From contig MHDQ01000011.1 of assembly GCA_001803565.1 (NCBI GenBank), positions 1 through 33,602 on the forward strand: 33,602 nt of DNA. Reading direction: 5' to 3'. The notes under the pieces were generated by a model. It saw only the letters and a list, made by a program, of their open reading frames with translations. It was not told where the DNA came from and made no database searches. The stretch comes from Nitrospinae bacterium RIFCSPLOWO2_12_FULL_45_22 (lineage in GTDB: Bacteria > 2-12-FULL-45-22). Each line of letters starts with the position of its first letter. The stretch's first letter is position 1. The position numbers and the translations under genes were made by a program. Below are positions 28,285 through 33,602 of this stretch, piece after piece.

Positions 28285-29543
28285 CTAGCCATATTGTTTC
28301 GGTAAAGATTGCTCTCCAAGAGTAGGGACTTCAATACTCTTCGTCTGGCTGTCCTCCTCTGATTCTCTTTATACCGGGGATAAGATTTTTGATACTGCTC
28401 ATAGGCTTCTCTATCCATTATCTGGATCTCGAAGGGATAGTAAAAAGATATATAGCGGCTCATCCGGGACAGGGAACCTTTAATATTCTGGATAACCTTT
28501 TTGTGGTAAGAAATTAGCTCCCGATGGATGGGGGGAGCTGCATCTACTTTCTGCACTAAATCTTTATGCTGCTTTTCTAACTCCTGGAGGAGTTTGAACT
28601 GGGTCTGATACTCCGGATTTTCGATCTCTATCTTTTCGCGGCTGGTGAAATTCATAGCTCGATAGTCAACAGAATGCGGGTTATCATTCTTGCTCTTATC
28701 CACTATTACTACTCCTTCTTCTAGCAGGCGAAAATAACCCCCAAGTTGCTTCTTGTCCCCCCGCTTTAAGACTTTTTCTAGCTCATCTAAAGGCATTAAG
28801 GTATTCTTGGTCCTCCCCGGAATGCTATTAGGATAGGAGAGGATATTTTCCTTGACTAAAAAATTGACAATTTTTAGGGCATCCAGCTTGGATTTTGCTA
28901 TAAGCCTCACCCCCACTACATCGGTTATTTCGGTGACGATATTCTCTCTTTTATGCAGGAGCTTCACGATGATACTCTCTCGTTCCTTGATCCTCTTAAG
29001 GTCAAGGGCCACCAGGGGGATAATATCATTCCCCTTTTGCCCTAGGTACATCTGTCCGCCCTCATCATACTGGATATATCTTTTTATCTTGGCCAGGATC
29101 TTTTCTTGAATATGGTGGATGTATTTAAAGCGGATATCGTCTTCTAGATGATAAATGGTATGCATAACCCGCAATAGGGCACAAGCCCATTTCTGCTGTA
29201 AATTGCCATCTTTCCTACGCGGGGGAGAGGTAGCCATTTGTAATAGGGAATAGATATCTGTCTGGGGGGAGCGGATCTCTTCTGGAATTTCCAGTTCCTC
29301 GTCTTTTAACAAGTGGGTTTGGATGAATTCTATAGCCTCTGCCTTAATCCTATCAACCTTTGCTAGATCCTCTAACGAAATGCCGTATGAACAGAGGAAA
29401 TTTTCTATTGCTTCCCGGCTCCCTCCCTCTAACCGGAGCCTCTCTAAATCAATAGGTGATTCTCCTTTTAAGATAGGGCCAATGTTGCGTAAGAGCCGGT
29501 AGAGTTCGTGCTTAGTTACGGCTGGATATGCCTCTTTCTTCAT
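28281..29543 (-). CDS. TIGR04552-like protein (RelA/SpoT nucleotidyltransferase-like motifs)
   Basis: WACALLRVMH, KERESIIVKLLHKRE, DVVGVRLI, PGRTKNTL, NPHSVDYRAMNFTSR, PFEIQIMD. Confidence 0.75.
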   Translation of the reverse strand: MKKEAYPAVTKHELYRLLRNIGPILKGESPIDLERLRLEGGSREAIENFLCSYGISLEDLAKVDRIKAEAIEFIQTHLLKDEELEIPEEIRSPQTDIYSLLQMATSPPRRKDGNLQQKWACALLRVMHTIYHLEDDIRFKYIHHIQEKILAKIKRYIQYDEGGQMYLGQKGNDIIPLVALDLKRIKERESIIVKLLHKRENIVTEITDVVGVRLIAKSKLDALKIVNFLVKENILSYPNSIPGRTKNTLMPLDELEKVLKRGDKKQLGGYFRLLEEGVVIVDKSKNDNPHSVDYRAMNFTSREKIEIENPEYQTQFKLLQELEKQHKDLVQKVDAAPPIHRELISYHKKVIQNIKGSLSRMSRYISFYYPFEIQIMDREAYEQYQKSYPRYKENQRRTARRRVLKSLLLESNLYRNNMAS

Positions 29544-29660
29544 AATCTGACCCTAGAACTTTTGAAATCAGAAAATATACGGAACTGCCGGCTAGAAAAA
29601 TTCACCATAAAATTTTATATTTTTGTTTATTAGCATATATACCACTCTATGTCAATAAAC

Positions 29661-29788
29661 CCAGTAGATCATCTCGCAAAATACAAATTACAACCACAAA
29701 GTCACAAAGGTCACAAAGAGATAAAAAGTTTAGACTTTGTGTTCTTTGTGTCTTGGTGTCTTGGTGGTTAGTATGAGATTTTTTCTAG
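29661..29788. mobile_element. MITE-like element with nonamer palindromic cargo
   Basis: CCAGTAGATCATCTCGCA ... TATGAGATTTTTTCTAG degenerate ends; arms AACCACAAAGTCACAAAGGTCACAAAG / CTTTGTGTTCTTTGTGTCTTGGTGTCTTGGTGGTT. Confidence 0.6.
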
Positions 29789-29790
29789 TA

Positions 29791-29820
29791 TTGCTTTCCA
29801 AGCAGGGCCTATGATATGCT
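29791..29820 (+). promoter_or_regulatory. Putative sigma70 promoter for the HExxH gene
   Basis: TTGCTT-18 bp-TATGCT with TGn extended -10. Confidence 0.4.
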
Positions 29821-29856
29821 GATAATAAATTTCACGGACAGATAAAGGGTGACAGA

Positions 29857-30321
29857 ATGATTATTTTATCCCAGGAAGAAGAAAATGAGCTTAGGCAAAT
29901 AGCCCTTTCTTATCAACTTATCCTGGAGATAAACGAATCCCTGCCTAATGGTACTCTGGCAAAGTTGTTTATTGATATGTCCAATAATGGCTATCGCTAT
30001 ATGGAGATGAGGCGCTTTATTGACCCGATGCAGTTTTATAGGCGCTACACCCAGGTGATTAGAGAGGAAGATATTTTCCGCTTTCTTCTTTATCATGAGA
30101 TTGGCCATAAGTTATATGATGATTGCCCCATCAGATTCTATTTAGAACATGGCCAGAAAGGAGATTTTGGCTGGCAGTGGCTGAGAAGGTTTCTGGAGAA
30201 CGAAAAGAAGGCCGATCTCTTTGCAGTAGAAAAGCTGTTTAATAAACTTTTAGCCGAAGATATTTGGACAGAGAATTTTTTGAAGGGCTTAAACCAGCTA
30301 GTAAAAAATACTAGAAACTAA
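29857..30321 (+). CDS. Small HExxH zinc-metallopeptidase-like protein (ImmA/IrrE-like motif pattern)
   Basis: FRFLLYHEIGH followed by NEKKADLFA (ExxAxxFA). Confidence 0.7.
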   Translation: MIILSQEEENELRQIALSYQLILEINESLPNGTLAKLFIDMSNNGYRYMEMRRFIDPMQFYRRYTQVIREEDIFRFLLYHEIGHKLYDDCPIRFYLEHGQKGDFGWQWLRRFLENEKKADLFAVEKLFNKLLAEDIWTENFLKGLNQLVKNTRN

Positions 30322-30323
30322 AA

Positions 30324-30638
30324 TTAAGAAGCTATTCTGGTAATACGTTTTAGCCTTTTGAGGGTTTTTCTTATCTCCTTGAGCCTGGTTCGTTCGCGGT
30401 TATTTATCACCTGATCCCTTTCGGCCTTTAACATCCTTATTTGCTTTTTAACCGTACTAATATCAATATCTAATTTGGCTTTTTGAGGTTTTTCTTGTTC
30501 TATTCCCTGGGCAGCCTTGATAGCTTCAATAAGCTGCTGCTTGGTCATCCCATGGACCCCCTCGAGATCAGGGATATTTAAGGCTATTTCCCTTAATTTA
30601 GTCACGGGTAGTTTGGTAATATCTTTTTTTTCAGCCAT
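30324..30638 (-). CDS. Small basic protein with Rho N-terminal-like domain
   Basis: ITKLPVTKLREIALNIPDLEGVHGMTKQQLIEAI plus basic helical C-terminus; no Rho ATPase domain. Confidence 0.75.
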   Translation of the reverse strand: MAEKKDITKLPVTKLREIALNIPDLEGVHGMTKQQLIEAIKAAQGIEQEKPQKAKLDIDISTVKKQIRMLKAERDQVINNRERTRLKEIRKTLKRLKRITRIAS

Positions 30639-30646
30639 TGTACCTC

Positions 30647-31432
30647 CTAGTTCGACCTTTCTTTCTGTCCCTTCAGCATATCCCTTAGCCGGGCAGCCTC
30701 TTCATAATTTTCTTGCCGGATAGCAATCTCAAGCTGCTCTTCTAAAGAAAGCTCGGTGGTTGAGAGCATGCTGGTATCATTTTCCCATTCCTTCCGTAAT
30801 TGTTTCTGCCATTGCTTTAGAAACCTAATCTGCTGGCATTTATTCACAAAATCTTCCCGGTTATACTCTTTATAAAAATTGATAATTTCCTCAATCCCTT
30901 GTTGGATAGCCCTTAATGTACTGGTATAATCCTTCCTTTCCAGTAAATGTAGTCCTATAGCCCTGGTTTTTTCCCCGATCATATAAGGGCGGTACTGCTC
31001 AAAATGGAACACTGCCAGCTTGCTAATAGAATATTTCTTTACCAAATCCATAATCATTAAAGTATGCTCTGCATCTTTTCTGGCCAGCTCAAACTCTTTC
31101 AGGGTAAAGAGACATATGCGACGGTGATAGTATTGTAATGACTCGCGGTAAAGATTAGCAATATCCTGCTCATTAAGCTTGATGTTACCTTCCGCCCCAA
31201 ATTTGATTTGCTGTTCCTGGGCTTTTGCGAGGTAGTAAGCTAAAAGGGATTCATTGCCCCCAGGCCTTTTGCCATCTGGCCTCCCGGTTGTCTCCATCTG
31301 ATAAACCCCTAGGTCAGTTCTCAACTGGATTCTCTCCTGGCAATCCTTGCCTATAATTTTCCTTACATTGTTAAGGAAGTCATCCGGGTCATAATCCCAG
31401 CCCTCAATGATACAAGAAAGGTCCTTCTCCAT
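30647..31432 (-). CDS. UvrB/UvrC (UVR) motif-containing protein
   Basis: C-terminal LEEQLEIAIRQENYEEAARLRD; N-terminal IQLRTDLGVYQMETTGRPDGKRP. Start ATG 31432 or GTG 31444. Confidence 0.8.
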   Translation of the reverse strand: MEKDLSCIIEGWDYDPDDFLNNVRKIIGKDCQERIQLRTDLGVYQMETTGRPDGKRPGGNESLLAYYLAKAQEQQIKFGAEGNIKLNEQDIANLYRESLQYYHRRICLFTLKEFELARKDAEHTLMIMDLVKKYSISKLAVFHFEQYRPYMIGEKTRAIGLHLLERKDYTSTLRAIQQGIEEIINFYKEYNREDFVNKCQQIRFLKQWQKQLRKEWENDTSMLSTTELSLEEQLEIAIRQENYEEAARLRDMLKGQKERSN

Positions 31433-31517
31433 AGCTATCACCACCTTATATCTACCCTATATCTCAGGCCTCTTCAAAAAGGCTATCTGGGAAGGGCGAT
31501 TGGAAAAATCTATTTTT

Positions 31518-31546
31518 ATTATATATATTTTTTGATTGAGTTACAA
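31518..31546 (-). promoter_or_regulatory. Putative sigma70 promoter for the UVR-motif/Rho-N genes
   Basis: Minus strand TTGTAA-17 bp-TATAAT. Confidence 0.5.
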
Positions 31547-31608
31547 TCATTTTTTGCATGGCATTAATTAGGACACAGGTTTTCATAGATACATACAGAT
31601 AACTTATA

Positions 31609-33600
31609 ATGTTTAGATTAGCATCGTCTTTTAGACCTAAAGGGGATCAACCACAGGCCATTGAGAAGCTGCTTAGAGGGGTTCAGGATGGCCGTAAGCA
31701 TCAAGTCCTCCTGGGAGTCACGGGGTCGGGGAAGACTTTTACTATGGCTAATGTGATTGCCCGGGTAAACCGCCCCACCCTGGTCATAGCCCCTAATAAG
31801 ACCCTGGCTGCCCAACTCTATACCGAGTTCCGGGAGCTTTTCCCCACGAATGCAATAGAGTATTTTGTCAGCTACTATGACTATTATCAACCAGAGGCCT
31901 ATATTCCAAGAACGGATACTTATATAGATAAAGACGCCTCTATAAACGATCAGATAGATAAGATGAGACATTCAGCTACCCGCTCATTGCTGGAGAGAAG
32001 GGATGTAATAATTGTTGCCAGTGTTTCTTGTATATACGGTTTAGGTTCTCCTGTAGAATATCGGAACATGCTCTGTCTGTTCCAGGACCAGATGAGGATA
32101 TCGAGAGATTATGTTACCCGGAAACTGGTAGAGATCCAGTATGAGCGGAATGATCTGGACTTTCACCGGGGGACCTTCAGGGTACGAGGGGACATAGTAG
32201 ATATCTTTCCGGCATATGAGGCGGACAGGGCTATCAGGTTAGAGTTTATGGGCGATACTATTGAGAGGATCTCTGAGATAGAGCCTTTACGGGGTGAGGT
32301 AATAAGGCAGTTGAATAGAGTAAATATCTATCCCGGTAGCCATTATGTTACCAGTCAGGATAACTTATTGCGGGCGATAGCCGATATAGAGGAAGAGTTA
32401 GACGAGCGGCTGGCAGAATTTATTAAACAGAACAAGATATTAGAAGCACAGCGCCTGGAACAGCGTACCCGGTTTGATTTGGAGATGCTCAGGGAAATGG
32501 GAACTTGCCCGGGCATAGAGAACTATTCCCGGCATTTGGATGGCCGGATGCCTGGTGTGCCACCAGCCGTCCTACTGAACTATTTCCCTGAAGACTTTTT
32601 ACTCTTTATTGATGAGAGCCATGTAAGTGTCCCCCAGATTGGTGGCATGTATAATGGTGATCGCTCCCGGAAAGAGACCCTGGTAGAATACGGTTTTCGC
32701 CTCCCCTCTGCTTTGGACAATAGGCCCCTAAATTTTTTCGAGTTTGAGGCCTCGGTTAATCAGGTAATTTATGTCTCGGCTACCCCGGCCGAGTATGAGT
32801 TAGAAAAGGCCGCTGGTGCCCTAGTAGAGCAGATCATACGACCGACGGGATTGACTGATCCAGAAGTCCTGGTAAGACCCGCCAAAAAGCAGGTGGACGA
32901 TCTATTGCATGAGATCCGCCATCGCATAGACCAGGGAGAGCGGGTACTGGTAACTACTTTAACTAAACGGATGGCTGAAGAACTTACGGAATATTACCTG
33001 GAATTGGGGATAAAGACCAGGTATCTCCACTCGGATATAGAAACTTTAAAAAGGAGTGAGATTATCAGGGACTTAAGGCGAGGGATATTTGATGTCTTGA
33101 TAGGAATAAACCTGTTGCGCGAGGGGCTGGATATCCCTGAGGTCTCTCTGGTAGCCATTATGGATGCAGATAAAGAGGGATTTTTACGTTCCGAGAGGTC
33201 CCTTATCCAGACTATTGGCCGGGCTGCCCGCAATGTCCATGGCCAGGTCATCATGTACTGCGATGCGATGACCCAATCGTTAAAAAAGGCTATTGATGAG
33301 ACCAGCAGGAGACGAGAGACCCAGAAGAGATATAACGAAGAAAATAATATTACCCCAGAGACTATAGTAAAATCCATCCACGATCTACTGCAATCGGTAT
33401 ATGAGGCAGACTATGTTACTATTGCCTTAGCAGCGGAGGAAACAGAGGAGTATGTGCCGCTGAAGGATATACCCAAACTTATCAAACGCCTGAAAAAAGA
33501 GATGCGGCGAGAGGCCGCCCGCTATAATTTTGAAAAAGCAGCGCAATTACGGGATAGGATATTTCAGTTGGAGGCCAAAGAGTTGGAACTAAGGTTATAG
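31609..33600 (+). CDS. uvrB: Excinuclease ABC subunit B
   Basis: [59 protein letters not shown]-terminal UVR motif. Confidence 0.98.
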   Translation: MFRLASSFRPKGDQPQAIEKLLRGVQDGRKHQVLLGVTGSGKTFTMANVIARVNRPTLVIAPNKTLAAQLYTEFRELFPTNAIEYFVSYYDYYQPEAYIPRTDTYIDKDASINDQIDKMRHSATRSLLERRDVIIVASVSCIYGLGSPVEYRNMLCLFQDQMRISRDYVTRKLVEIQYERNDLDFHRGTFRVRGDIVDIFPAYEADRAIRLEFMGDTIERISEIEPLRGEVIRQLNRVNIYPGSHYVTSQDNLLRAIADIEEELDERLAEFIKQNKILEAQRLEQRTRFDLEMLREMGTCPGIENYSRHLDGRMPGVPPAVLLNYFPEDFLLFIDESHVSVPQIGGMYNGDRSRKETLVEYGFRLPSALDNRPLNFFEFEASVNQVIYVSATPAEYELEKAAGALVEQIIRPTGLTDPEVLVRPAKKQVDDLLHEIRHRIDQGERVLVTTLTKRMAEELTEYYLELGIKTRYLHSDIETLKRSEIIRDLRRGIFDVLIGINLLREGLDIPEVSLVAIMDADKEGFLRSERSLIQTIGRAARNVHGQVIMYCDAMTQSLKKAIDETSRRRETQKRYNEENNITPETIVKSIHDLLQSVYEADYVTIALAAEETEEYVPLKDIPKLIKRLKKEMRREAARYNFEKAAQLRDRIFQLEAKELELRL

Positions 33601-33602
33601 AG

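Noticed and set aside
30324-30638. Possible transcription termination factor rho
   Set aside because: Only the N-terminal helical module is present; no RNA-binding or ATPase domains.
31445-31608. LexA box upstream of uvrB
   Set aside because: No convincing CTGT-N8-ACAG or GAAC-N4-GTTC palindrome seen.

Overview
Chromosomal segment of a diderm bacterium; the lnt-prfB-lysS-lolC/E-lolD-clpC-bamA-skp-lpxD order resembles Desulfobacterota/Nitrospirota-like lineages, but the taxon cannot be fixed from the sequence alone. Left (1-8270): a mostly minus-strand surface-glycan locus with two B12-binding radical SAM enzymes, two GT2 glycosyltransferases, a DUF2304 protein and a large GT-C-type membrane protein that is absent from the ORF track because it runs off the edge. 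Its C-terminal domain is paralogous to a divergent exported protein that appears to start at a non-AUG codon. 8320-12675: a decayed vapBC pair, an IS1595-type relic fused in frame to glgB, an IS200/IS605-type hairpin element and malQ. 13022-26547: housekeeping envelope/translation run including prfB with its programmed +1 frameshift. Main finding (26554-28284): directly after lpxD lies an unannotated 20-aa Cys-rich peptide gene (MKIKKVVKTSNGLCKCKSSC), a 7-Cys internally duplicated protein and a radical SAM/SPASM enzyme with a PqqD-like N-terminus, i.e. a candidate compact RiPP system. Right end: TIGR04552-like protein, HExxH protein, Rho-N-like protein, UVR-motif protein and uvrB. Most long intergenic gaps hold modular, nested MITE-like palindromic elements, several of which supply stop codons to neighbouring genes. 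Family names are recognised from motifs; no database search was run.
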